Shown here in pieces: positions 38,452 through 51,500 of a DNA stretch of 64,000 nt. How positions within the stretch are numbered: the stretch's first letter is position 1; each line of letters opens with the position of its first letter. Source of the DNA: Azolla caroliniana (Eukaryota; Plantae; Polypodiophyta); the NCBI GenBank assembly GCA_043228905.1, contig JBHGNT010000009.1, positions 7,378,001 to 7,442,000 of the forward strand, given 5' to 3'. A program made the position numbers and the translations under genes. Below the pieces are notes generated by a model, which was not told the origin of the DNA, did not search any database, and saw only the letters and a list, made by a program, of their open reading frames with translations.

Positions 38452-41400
38452 ACGTTATGTGGGTTGGATGCTCGATTTCGGCATTCTTTACAAATTGAGC
38501 ACTTTGATTCAACTCGAAGGATATACGAATGCCGATTGGGCAGGTTATAAAGCAAACAAACGATCGAAGACTGGGTTCGTATTCACACTCGGCAACGGAG
38601 CTATTACGTGGAGTAGTAAGAAGTAGCTGACAATCGCATTGTCGAGCATAGAGGCCAAATACAGGGGCGTAGCCATTGCTGCATGCGAAGCTATTTGGCT
38701 CAACGGTATCACACTCGGTAGTGGAGTTATTGCGTGGAGTAGTAAGAAGTAGCCAACAGTCGCACTGTCGAGCACAAAGGCCGAATACAAGGGCACAGTC
38801 GTTGCTGCATGTGAAATTGTTTGGCTCAAAGGAATCATGAAGGATCTAGGCGTTCCCATCAAGGGTCTGATTCGCCTTTATTGCGATAACATAAGGAGCA
38901 TCCACTTGGCCCGCAACCTAGTTTTCCATGCTCAAGCACATTGAAGTGCACTACCGTTGTATCCGAGGACATGTCTTGGCTGGAGATATCGCTTACAGTA
39001 TATTAGCACATATCTGCAAACAGCCGACATCTTCACGAAAGCCCTGGGCATTGACAAGTTGCGGCAGTTTGTCACGAACCTCAGTCTCTCGATCATCGAC
39101 CATCCATGCTTGAGGGGGAGTATGACAGAGTAGAACGATCATGATTAACCGACCAGTCAACAGAAGCCAATTCAGCCGAGCCGAAATAATCCGAAAACTA
39201 AAAGCCAAAGTCAACTCGACCAAATCGAAGACCAAACTAAACCAACTTTCGGCATGTTGAGAATCAAACTCAACTTCCCTAATGTGCAAACACACCCTGG
39301 TGTGTGAACACCCAACCACCTACTATAGTAACTAGTGTGTCCTAGAATCTTATAGTTCTATGACACATATTCAGTGTAGTTAAGTCTCCACTAGCGTCGT
39401 CCCGCCTTGCTCGCGCTCCTCGTCTGGTCCGGTTCCACTTCCCACGACCCGTCCGGTACTGCGCACCTCGACCTCCTTGTTCGGCTTGTCTGCTCAACAG
39501 GCCCATTTCAGCTCCTTCGATGTTATGACTCTGGTGTTTGTCGATCCATCAGTTCCTCCATGTCGGTGTCAACTTCCGCTGCCTCCTCGTCCAGTTGGCC
39601 TTTAGTTGATCCGGCTTCTCCGATTCGTTCTAGCTCTCGTCTGAGTTGGTAGTCTCCAACTCATCTTCCATTTTTAGGCCCTTCACCACATCAAACCACG
39701 TTCGGGTCTTCGCCTTCTTTCGGTCAGCTTTGTCCTTCTTGACTCTGCCACCGCTAACGCTTTCTCCAACTTGTTCGGATGTGCCGACTCCTTCGGTCGA
39801 CTCAACTCCCTTTTTCTACTCTTCCCCCCCTTGGTTCTTTCTTCCTCTCCGGCTCCTTGTCCAGTGCCATCACCAGTGCCTTTGCCCGTTCCTGTTCTCC
39901 CCCTCAAGTGCGGCACGTCGAGATGTTGTACACCAAGCATTTCGGTGAAGTGTTGCAACTTGTCTGATCCGAGCGGTTTGATGAAGATGTCGGCCGGCAA
40001 CTTGCCGATCCGTCTGAACATACCGAAGTTCGACTTCACCACTCAAAACCCGCTCACACACAAAGTGATAGTGGACTTCTATGTGCTTCGTCCAAGCATG
40101 GAACACAGGGTTCTTGGCGAGCTGAATGATGTCCATGTTGTCACAGTAGATCAGGATAGGGGTCAGTACCTCAATCCACAGGTCTTGCAGCAGTCGCTGA
40201 AGCCAGATGGCTTCACATGTGGCAATGGTAGCACCCCGGTATTTTGCCTTAGTGCTCGACAGAGCCACTGTTGGCTGCTTTTTGCTGCTCCACGCAACAA
40301 CCGCACTACTAAGAGAAAACATGTAACCGGAGGTGGATCGGCGATCCAATGCATCACCAACCCTGTCGGCATCTATGTATCCAACTAGCTCTTTAGTTAT
40401 ACCATGTCGGTATAACAGTCCCCGGTCCTTCGTGCCGCTCAAATACCGCAATATTCAATGCACGCACTGAAGGTGCTCCACAGTTGCTTTCTGCATGAAT
40501 TGGTTGATCACACCGACCGGATAACTGATTTCAGGTCGGGTGATTGTCAAGTATATCAAACTTTCGACTATTTTTCGGAACCGTTTCTCATTGCAAGCCG
40601 GTTCGGAGTTGGGACGGAGCTTCTAGTTCCGGTCCTGGGGTGTGGAGACAGGTCGACATTCCGTCATGCGAACTTCTACAGCATATTCAACACATAGTGT
40701 CGTTGTGAGAGAAATATGCCGTCGGGGGTTCGGATCACCTCGATCCCAAGGAAATAATGAAAGTCCCCCAGGTCCTTCATCTAAAATGTGTTCGACAGCT
40801 GGGCCTTGACACAACCGATTTCATTGAGTCCGGGTCCGGTGATGACTAAATCATCTACATAAAGTAAGATGCAAACCAAACCATCCGGACCTTGCCGGAT
40901 GAACAAAGATGAATCGGATTTAGAAGTCACAAACCCATCTTACGCAACCGGTGTGTGATCTTCGCATTCCAAGCTCGAGGGGCTTGTTTCAGACCGTAAA
41001 GTGACTTCTTAAGCCAGCACACCGCCAACTTGTTCATCTCAGACTGAAAACCAGGAGGTTGGATCATATAGACCCATTCTTCAAGGTCACCTTGAAGAAA
41101 CACATTCTTCATGTCCATCTAGTGAAGATGCCACCCCCTTGCCGCAGAAACCGTTAGTACCACTCGAACCGTCGTCATCTTCGCTATCGGAGCGAAGGTC
41201 TCATCATAGTCGATTCCGTGGGTCTGTGCGAATCCCTTCGCCACTAACTGAACCTTGTACCGGTAAACCAAACCATCGCCATTGTACTTTACCTTGTATA
41301 CCCATTTGCAACCGATCAGTTTACAGTGTCGAGGAGGGTCAACGAGGTCCCATGTGTCGTTGGCATCGAGTGCCCGTATTTCTTCCTCCATAGTAGCACA

Positions 41401-44400
41401 CCAATTTGCGTCTTTCGCTACTTCTACGTAGCTCTCCGGCTTACGCACTTCCACCACTTTGGTCATGTTCGCATAGTGATGCGTCATGTACTCATTGTAC
41501 TCGTACCGTGTAACGGGGTTCTTCTAGTGGGAAGACCGGTGTAACTTGTCATCACCCGGTTTGGGGCCCTTCTTGGCCGTTCGGAATTCATTCCCGAAGA
41601 TCCGCATTCATCCTTTCCGGAGTCGGATTCGCTCCGATCCAACTCAACGTTGCCAGTTTCGTATTCCGGCATCTTCTTCTTCCCATTCTCTTTGCGCGTG
41701 AACCGTCTCCACAGTTCCTTGCGCGGGGAGAGCATGGCAGAGTCTCCACTACTCGCCAGTTCCTCATCCGATTGGTCACTTTGACCTAGTCACTCATTCA
41801 GTCCGCTCAACCGAAACGATTCCGGACTCTCTTCTAGAGTCTCAAGCTCGTCATCTTCTATCTAGACCTCCTCATGCTCACTGGCCTCATCTTCCGGAAT
41901 CGGGCCTTCTTCGGGAGTTGGAGTTAGTAACGAGTACCATGATGTCATCTCAACAAACTCGACATCTCGGCTTACTCGGACCTGCCTAGTCTGGGGGTTA
42001 TAGCACTTATACCCCTTTTGCTCATGGGAGTAACCGACTAGGATGAACTTCCCTGATTTCGGATCCAGCTTCCTCCGCTTCTCATCCGGTACATGCATAT
42101 ATGCTATGCTACTGAATATCCGAAGGTGCCTCAAATTCGGCTACCGTCCGAAATACAGCTCATGTGCTAACACCTTCTCCCCGATCCGGTTTTGAATGTA
42201 GACGGTCGTCCGAACTGCCTCAACCCTGTAGAAGTGGGGCATGCGCTTCTCCTCCAACATTTCCCTTGCCACGTCAACAATCGATCGGTTCTTTCTCTCA
42301 GCCACACCGTTTTGCTCTGGTGTGGATCGGCAATTGAATTCTCTCCGAATTCTATTTTGCTACAGATAACTATTGAATTGGCCAGAAAAGTATTCTTTTC
42401 CGCCATCCGACTACGGGCACTTGATCTTCCTCTCTGTTTCCCATTCAACTATGCTTTGCAATTTCCGGAAACATTCGAAGACTTCGCTCTTCCGTTCAAT
42501 GAGGTAGATCCACGTGTGCCGGTTGTAGTCATCGATGAAGGAGACGAAATACCAACTCCCGCCAAGACTAACGTTCTGTGCCGGTCCCCATACATCCAAG
42601 TGGATTAAGTCAAGCTTCTTACAGCTCTGGTTTCGTTCGGTGGGGAATGGAAGCCAGTGTTGCTTCCTGAGTTGGCAGGCCTCACAAATTTTGGCCTTCC
42701 GGCCGCTAAATTTCGGCAAACCGAAAACAACTTGTTTCGATTGCAGGTCTTGAAGCCTCTGGTAGTTGACGTAGTCGATCCACTTGTGTCATAGGTCGAT
42801 GTCCGACTCGACCTTCTACCCTTTCTCAAACATAGCGGTGCCGACGTCATTAGTGTTGAGGATGAACATCCTCCTGTCTCTACGCCCTTGCGCAATTATC
42901 CGGCCTTCTTCCTCGATGAAGGACCCGAGGTGCGTAAACTGCACCTACATTCCCTGGTCAACGATTTGTCCAACTAACACTAGGTTCTTTGTGATTGTCA
43001 GAACGTGTAGTACGTTCATCAACCTCTCCTTTTGTCCAGCATGGCTTAAAGGGACTTCTCTGACATGCACAATCGGGTGAGGGGTGTCATCTCCGGTTTC
43101 GACAATCCCCGGTTGTTCCGGTTTCTCCAAAAAAGAGAACCACTCTTCATGGCTCGTCATGTGGTTGGACGCTCCGGAATCAACGTACCATACTTCCTCC
43201 GATTTGGAAGTAGTCTTCTTCATCGAGTTAGCCTTGTGCTTCATCACGAAGGTTGGCCCTTTACCGGTCTTCCTGGTTCCGGATCCTTCCGATCCTTCCG
43301 CGTAGTGTGAGCTTTGCCGGTTTTCCCCACCGGTTTTGCCGGATCCGGATTTGTCCGAATCAACGCGCTTCTTCCAGCACTCCCTTTCCTTGTGGCCTTT
43401 CTTGCCACAATACCAGCATTCTGTGTTGGCCTTTCCTTGCCGGTTCCCGGCGCCCCTTTGACTCCCCCTTCTTGTGGAGGGTCCGGAATTGTTGTCGGCA
43501 TTGTCTCTGTGCCTTCTGTCCTGCTCTTCCCAGCCGCCTCCATTGCATGCCAACCCACCTCGTACTCGACGCCCACGGGGCCAATCCAACCCCATGTACA
43601 GGATCCGGCTGTCTGATTGAGTGTTCCTCAACCTGCTCACGTGGTTTTCTTCAACCATCAACATTGATTGTAAGTCGAAGAAGGACGGTGGCTTCTCCCG
43701 GGTGCAGATCGTCATCCGGATTGGCCCATACCGTTGTGCTAGACCACCGAGGCAGATTTGGACCATCTCGTCTTCGTCCACCATCACGTTGATGGACCCA
43801 AGTGCGTCACAAATCTCCTTTATTTTGGTGGTGTAATCCGTAACCGAAATGTCTCTTTGCCAGATGTTGTTCAGCTCTTGCCGGAGCTACAACTTACGGG
43901 TTGTGGTACTCGCAACAAAAATCTTCCTCAGATTTACCCAGGCCTCCTTTGGTATTTTTGCATCCTTTATGTAGCTGAGCATCTGGTCGTGCACACAAGA
44001 CACGAGGAAGTACAATACTCGGCTCACTCCTTGCTCCCATACAGGGAATTCCTCATGTGCCCTCTCCAGCACTACCTCGTTCCTTCCTTCCACGAAGCTC
44101 CAATATCCATACCCCAACAAGTACTAGTGCATCTTATATGACCAGGACGCGTAGTTGCTCCGGTCGAACTTCTTTGTTGGAAGTGAACTCGCCATTCCTC
44201 TGTCCATATCTTCTCTTTGTTTGTTGTTACCGGGTTCTAGGGTTCGTCTACGAAAGCAAGTGTCGGCTACAGAGGTTCTCAACCCTCGCGCTCTGATACC
44301 ATGTGAATGTTAAGGTGCGGAAGTGTTAGACAAAACCGGCTCAGCCGGATAGCAACAGAGAATAAGATGAAGGTTTAATGGAGAAGCTTAATACACAAAG

Positions 44401-44919
44401 AGTATAGGTGTGGGAGAGACAGAGAGAGCAGAACATAAAGTTAGATTCAAAATAATAAAAACACTCTGTAACTCTGTACATAGAATGTGCTCAACAACAC
44501 TATTTATACAAGTCCTCAAAAGGACTAACAGAAGTACTATGTACTTCAATGCTCATACGAGTGACTAACACTAACTACGAGACAATGATTACCTAGTAGT
44601 CTAGGCTACTACTAGGCTTCCGGTTCCCGCTCGAATCCGGCTCTCCGATCCATCTCACCGATACGGCTGGTTGTATCCGGATACCAATCCGGCTCCCCGA
44701 TCTGGCTCTGGCTTATTCAGCCGATCCGGATCCGGTTGAGCTTGCTCGCTCAACAACACCTTCCCAACTTATTTGTAATGTTGGTCATTCTTGTATTCCT
44801 TTTTGATAATATAGTCTTTACTTGTTTTCTATATACTTGAGCTCTCTCTCTCTCTCTCACGCGCGCGCACACACACACATATCTCTTCTATTGCACATAA
44901 TCACTCTTGGTTCTTTACA
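38452..44919 (+). mobile_element. Copia 3' remnant: RNase H 38456-39110 (with a ~125-bp internal duplication); LTR 39255-44919 split by copia 39392-44755
   Basis: LEGYTNADWAG...WSSKK (twice), KHIEVHY, TGAGGGGGAG. LTR halves 39255-39391 and 44756-44919 match LTR 53820-54184. Confidence 0.75.
39392..44755 (-). mobile_element. Ty1/copia element lacking its 3' LTR: 5' LTR 44302-44755, iMet PBS 44290-44301, decayed gag-PR-INT-RT-RH ~44200-39900
   Basis: CWYCGKKGHKEREC, WYVDSGASNHMT, LIHLDVWGP, YDETFAP, YIDAD...RRSTSGY; GCTCTGATACCA. Confidence 0.9.
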
Positions 44920-45849
44920 AGAATATTGAAGGATCTGGGCATTCCCATCAAGGATCCGATCCTCCTGTATTGTGACAACATGAGTAGCATTCATCTGGCT
45001 CAGAACCCTATCTTTCACCCTCGAACTAAGCACATCGAGGTGCACTATCATTTCGTCCGAGAGTGTGTTTTAGCCAAAGATATCGACTTACAACACATCA
45101 CCACGAATCTGCAAACATCTGACATCTTCACAAATACCCTAGTGTTACCGATTAGGAACACGGTATGCGGTCAATCCTTCGACCTAGACCTCCCAAGTGG
45201 TTGTGGAACAACGAATAGGCGTCTATGCGTAATGCGTAGGGGAATGTTCCCTGTAACCTATCAGCGTATAAGGGAGACAGCCACAACCGACTCCTTAGCA
45301 ATGGTTACACTTACGTTCTTACACGCTCAGGTATTCCAGACATATAGTAGATTAGCCGCAGCTATACACAGACTTTCAGAGAAGATAGAATTCTATTATG
45401 ATACGTTCCTTTACATTCCAAAATTACACGCCCCCTCTATCAGAGGTTTTCTGCCCTTTATATACGCATGGTCTATTTAGTCGTTCACGCTTCCTGCGTG
45501 AACCGTTACATGCGTTATGATCTTATATTATTTCTTATTCCTACGCTCTTGTCCGTCGGTTACTATTCCGGCGGACAACACGTGGCACGCCTGTGGGACA
45601 GTGCCCTGGCACGTTGGACCCATCCTGTTAATCTTCTTCCAAAATGGTCCAGATGTTTGGCTCTGTTGCAGTGTCCGTGGTCGGAGGCGACGTAGGGCCC
45701 GTAGGTGCATCGTGGTGGGGCTCCCCTGTTTGGTCGGAATGGTTTCTCCCGGTGTCGCAGTCGTCGTGTGTGGTCGGTCCGGGTATGGTGGGCTCTTCTT
45801 GAGCTAGTGAGTTGGGCTCCATTGTCGTCGTGCTTGCGGTCGGTCGCGG

Positions 45850-48445
45850 CTCTTCGTCGCTCTTCGTCGTTTGTGTCAGGGCGCGCTCGATCATCTGGCG
45901 CTCTGCGTGTTCCTCGGCCATTCGTTGGGAGGCTTTTATCTGTTGTGTTGCTAGGAATTCCATGATCTCAAAAGAGGTTCCGAATTGTAAGAGGGCGTTG
46001 AACTCATGGGCCGTATCCAGGATATCTTGATATGCCAACACCTCGCTTTCCGCCGTCAATACGGCTTTCCCTCGTTGGGACTGGGTCGTAATGATCGGTC
46101 GTGGCTCCCGGATGATTTCGAAGGTGGTATTGTGCTCCGTAGCTGTGGAGCCATCACCGCCAGTCGTTGTTTCTGCCGTCGTGGGGACGTCTTTGACCAA
46201 TCCCCGCCCATCTTTCCTGTCCAATCTACGCCGTTTTGGTCTGGGGCTATCCTGCCATGTTTCAGTGTCGGGCTCTAGGGTTGTTGCCACGGAACGTGTC
46301 GGCTGTTCCTCATGCATTGTTCGTGTGTCTGGTTGGGCGGGAGGTGTTGTCCGCGTGTCTGGTTGGGCGGGTTGGGGTTCCTCTTCCCACTCTAGGGCCG
46401 CTAACTCTGCTAACCTGCGTTTCGCGGATCGGGGCGGGGGCGTGGGTTGGCTGGGCTATGGTGTCGGTAGGCCTCAGGGTGGGAATAGTACCGTAAGGTA
46501 CTGTTATATGATCGGCCTGAGCTTTTTTCCTGCCTGATACGCATGCATGCCTTCCCATAACGCCAGCCCTATGATGACCCCCTAGTCGACCGCACGTCCT
46601 TCAAAGGTATCGATAATTATGCCCGCCTTCTGCTTGGGCATCCCATATGCGTTGACATGTATGCAGCCGACCTCTAACAGGAACTTGGCAACTTGATGGA
46701 AGAAGGGATCCGGGATCTGCTTCGTTCTATAATCCTTGGCGGAGGAGGAGTATGGCCCGAAATATCGCTGCAGCACCTCTGCAAGAGGGATTTCAAAATA
46801 CCTTTCGCCTAGCGATGATAGGTCCAACTTTTTCCGGATGGAAGAGTTGGTGACTGTGTCGATGTTCAGTTTCCTGGCGATGTCCATGGCATCCGGGTGT
46901 GGGGGTGCCTCTGCGACCCGGATGTACCCGTCCAGGCGTTTCTCCACGAGCCATCGGCGTAAGGCAGTGGAGATGAAGATCGGCATCGCCAGAGTAGGTT
47001 CGTGGGAAGGAGACTGGTGGTTGCGGTGGGCTGGAGCTCTGTGATAGGATGGAGGAGCGATGGAAGCGCTGATAATTAGAAGGTGGGTTTCTGTTTTGTG
47101 CAGAAGATCTTCTATTTCCTTCTTTTTGTGGCTTAGGGTTCATTGGTCCTCATCATCGCTCTTCGTCGTTTGTGTCAGGGCGCGCTCGATCATCTGGCGC
47201 TCTGCGTGTTCCTCGGCCATTCGTTGGGAGGCTTTTATCTGTTGTGTTGCTAGGAATTCCATGATCTCAAAAGAGGTTCCGAATTGTAAGAGGGCGTTGA
47301 ACTCATGGGCCGTATCCAGGATATCTTGATATGCCAACACCTCGCTTTCCGCCGTCAATACGGCTTTCCCTCGTTGGGACTGGGTCGTAATGATCGGTCG
47401 TGGCTCCCGGATGATTTCGAAGGTGGTATTGTGCTCCGTAGCTGTGGAGCCATCATCGCCAGTCGTTGTTTCTGCCGTCGTGGGGACGTCTTTGACCAAT
47501 CCCCGCCCATCTTTCCTGTCCAATCTACGCCGTTTTGGTCTGGGGCTATCCTGCCATGTTTCAGTGTCGGGCTCTAGGGTTGTTGCCACGGAACGTGTCG
47601 GCTGTTCCTCATGCATTGTTCGTGTGTCTGGTTGGGCGGGAGGTGTTGTCCGCGTGTCTGGTTGGGCGGGTTGGGGTTCCTCTTCCCACTCTAGGGCCGC
47701 TAACTCTGCTAACCTGCGTTTCGCGGATCGGGGCGGGGGCGTGGGTTGGCTGGGCTATGGTGTCGGTAGGCCTCAGGGTGGGAATAGTACCGTAAGGTAC
47801 TGTTATATGATCGGCCTGAGCTTTTTTCCTGCCTGATACGCATGCATGCCTTCCCATAACGCCAGCCCTATGATGACCCCCTAGTCGACCGCACGTCCTT
47901 CAAAGGTATCGATAATTATGCCCGCCTTCTGCTTGGGCATCCCATATGCGTTGACATGTATGCAGCCGACCTCTAACAGGAACTTGGCAACTTGATGGAA
48001 GAAGGGATCCGGGATCTGCTTCGTTCTATAATCCTTGGCGGAGGAGGAGTATGGCCCGAAATATCGCTGCAGCACCTCTGCAAGAGGGATTTCAAAATAC
48101 CTTTCGCCTAGCGATGATAGGTCCAACTTTTTCCGGATGGAAGAGTTGGTGACTGTGTCGATGTTCAGTTTCCTGGCGATGTCCATGGCATCCGGGTGTG
48201 GGGGTGCCTCTGCGACCCGGATGTACCCGTCCAGGCGTTTCTCCACGAGCCATCGGCGTAAGGCAGTGGAGATGAAGATCGGCATCGCCAGAGTAGGTTC
48301 GTGGGAAGGAGACTGGTGGTTGCGGTGGGCTGGAGCTCTGTGATAGGATGGAGGAGCGATGGAAGCGCTGATAATTAGAAGGTGGGTTTCTGTTTTGTGC
48401 AGAAGATCTTCTATTTCCTTCTTTTTGTGGCTTAGGGTTCATTGG
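45850..48445. repeat. 1299-bp tandem duplication of the extra-ORF region
   Basis: ORFs recur with an exact +1299 offset (e.g. 46582/47881, 46736/48035); copies are nearly identical. Confidence 0.95.
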
Positions 48446-48621
48446 GCGGTGAGCCATAGTGATGCCGCATGTTCTTGAACTAGGAGTCTATGCATGCATT
48501 TAGTCCTTTTAATAGTCGTTATCTTCTCTTTTTTCCTTTTTTCTTTTTTTTTTCTTTTTTTTTTTTCGTAATGGTTATATACAACCTATTTTTACATTAT
48601 GGTACAAGTGGGGTTGCCCAT

Positions 48622-51500
48622 TTACGCCGCGGGTTCTCCAGCTTTGTCATGTTTGGCGGTGAATGGGTTAGGTGGCGTAGAGCCCAGGTAAGGTTTAAGG
48701 CGAAAGCCATTCACCTTTTGCCGTACTACTTCCCCGGCCAACGTACCTAGTTGGAAGGTGCCTTGTTCCGCTCCAATTATCCAGTATGGGCCAGTCCAGC
48801 GGAAGCGTAACTTCCCTGGCATATGGCCCATGCGGGTTTGGAAAACCAGCACCGCCCGACCAACGGCGAACTCCTTTTCTCTTGCGTTCCGATGTCGATC
48901 CACAAACGCTTTACGTCGTCGTTGTTCCTCTCCAACACAGCCATGATGCTGTGTACGCATTTTTCCCCGAGTTTAAGTAGCTGGTGGAGCCGTACCTCCT
49001 CCGACTTGGCTTCCGATAGTCGGTCCCATACCTGAATTCACAAACTAGGTACCTGAAATTCGATCGGCATCACAGCCTCCAGCCCAAACGGTGTTGACTG
49101 TATGCTTGTTTTGTAGCTAGTTCTGTACGCCCATAATGCACTCTGTAATTTGGTATCCCAGTCTGTTCTATTTTCATTGACGATTTTCTTCAAGATGGTC
49201 TGCAATGTCTTGTTGGTGGATTCCGCTAACCCATTCGCCTGTGGATAATATGGCGTACTCTTTTTATGGACTACGGCGTAATGATGTGTTAGTTCCCGAA
49301 CCATCGTATTGAGAAAGTAACTCCCCTGGTCACTGATGAGCTCAATTGGACAGCCGAACCGGCACCAGATGTGCTCATAAAGAAATCTGGCTGTGACGGT
49401 CGCCGTATTTTCACGTAGTGCCTTTGCTTCTACCCACTTGGTGCAATAATCCCTAGCTACCAATATGTATTTATTGCCCGTATGGGCTGCCGCCGGTGTG
49501 AAGGGGCCCACAAAATCCAATCCCCACTTTTGGAAGGGGTCTAGCAATAATACGAGCTGGTGTGACATCCTTGCGCCCTCCGCGGGCTGGCCCATCCGTT
49601 GACACAAATCACACTTTCTACAATACTCGGATGCGCCCTTTTGCGTTGTTGGCCACCATAAGCTCGCCTGCCATACTTTCCGGGCTGTAACATCGCCCAC
49701 GTAATGGCCACCTGTCATGCCGCAGTGCGCCTCCCATAAAACTGCTTCCTTCTCATCCTGACGTACCCCACGTCGCCAAATGTCGTCACTTCCTTTGTGA
49801 TATAAAACTCCTTCTACGAGGCAGAAGTGACGGCTTTGGACGGCTAGTTGTTTCTTCTCGTCCGTGTGTAATTGTGGTGGAGGCAGTCCCGTAGTCAAAA
49901 AGTACGTCATTTCCATAAGCCACCGGTTCGGAAAGGTCGATTCCGTTCTTTCTACTAGTGCTGCTACCCGCAGGATGTCAATGTCCGGAAAATCTTCGTC
50001 ATCTTTCTGTATTGTTTCTCCATTCTCGAGTCTGCTCAAAAAATCCGCCACTGCGTGTTGCGCCCCTAGTCGGTGCTGGATTACAAAATCGAATTCTTGG
50101 AGCAGCAGCATCCATCGCGCCAATTTCCCCGTCAAGGCTTGTTTCTCCACCAAATACAGCAACGCCGAATGATCCACGTGGAACGTGAATTTCCTCCCTA
50201 GTAAATAATGCCGGAATTTATTGATGTTATAGATCATCCCTAGCACCTCCGCTCCATTGTGGAATAGTTACGCTCTGCTGTTGATAATTTATGACTAGCG
50301 TAGTACACTGGCCGGTACCAGTTTGGTTCGGTGAGCTGCATTAGTGCACTTCCTATTGCTATGTCCAAGGCGTCGACGAACACATGGAATGGCTTCGCCT
50401 AAACTTGGGTTTGTACGATGGGGGCCTGTGTGAGCATTATCTGAAGTGCCTCATAGGCCTTATCCTCCGTTGCAGTCCATTGGAAAGGAGTCTGGTGTAC
50501 GGCAGCATGTAACAGTGTGGCAAAGTTCGCCAAATATCGTATCATCCAACTGTGCCACCGTATTTGTCCTAAAAACCGGTTGAGTGATTTAGCGTTTGTC
50601 GAAGTTTTGGCTTGCGTAATCGTGGAGATCTTGTTCGAATCGACCATTATTCCCTCCTTCCTGACTATATGGCCCATGAGAGTCCCGTTGGTCACGCCGA
50701 AAGCAGATTTCGCGGGATTCAGGCTTAAGCGTGCGGTGCAGCAACATTCCAGGCATAGTTGTAAGTGCATAAAATGGTCTATTGTTCTCCCATATACCGC
50801 AAAGTCGTCTAAAAAAACTTGCATGAACGTCGGAATGTATTCCCCAAAGATCTCCATAATTGTCCGTTGAAATGTTGCCGATGCCGTCTTTAGTTCGAAC
50901 ATCATGACAACTGCCACATAGACTCCCCAGTCCGTGACAAATTCCATCTTTTCTTGGTCATCGGGATGCATGCGTACCTGGTTATACCCACTGAAGCCAT
51001 CTAAAAAACTGTACATCGCATGTCCCGCGATGACGTCTAGTATTCTAACGGTGAAGGGTAAAGGAAATGCGTCTGTAATGGTTACGGCATTTAATTTTCG
51101 GTAATCTACGCATACCCGTATTTTGCCATTTTTCTTTGGAACGACCACTATCGGGCTTAACCATGTCGCTTGTTTAACTGGCCATATGAACCCCGCCTTC
51201 AAGAGCTTGTCAATCTCTTCTTTCACGCGGGTCGCGTAGTTCGGGTTCATGCGGTAGCGGTGCTACTGGACGGGTTTTGCGTCTGTTGCTAAATTGATCT
51301 TATGCTGATAGAACTTGGGATCTAACCCCTTCATGTCCTCGTGAGCCCAAGTGAACACATCTTTATATTTCGTGAGTAGTGCGATCATCGTGTTTCTCTG
51401 GTCCGGCCTTAATTCCTTTGCGATGGAGAGGAAACGGGGTTCCGACTCTGTACCCACATTTACTTCTTCTAGGGCGGAAGTGGTGACTCGTCGTGAAATC
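48622..51500 (-). pseudogene. Gypsy pol (RT-RNase H-integrase), interrupted
   Basis: ORFs 50399-51250 (RT), 49038-50246 (RH and INT) and 48622-48960 (WTGPY motif). Confidence 0.92.

Noticed and set aside
44926-45480. 184-aa ORF
   Set aside because: Chimera of copia RNase H and gypsy LTR across the insertion site.
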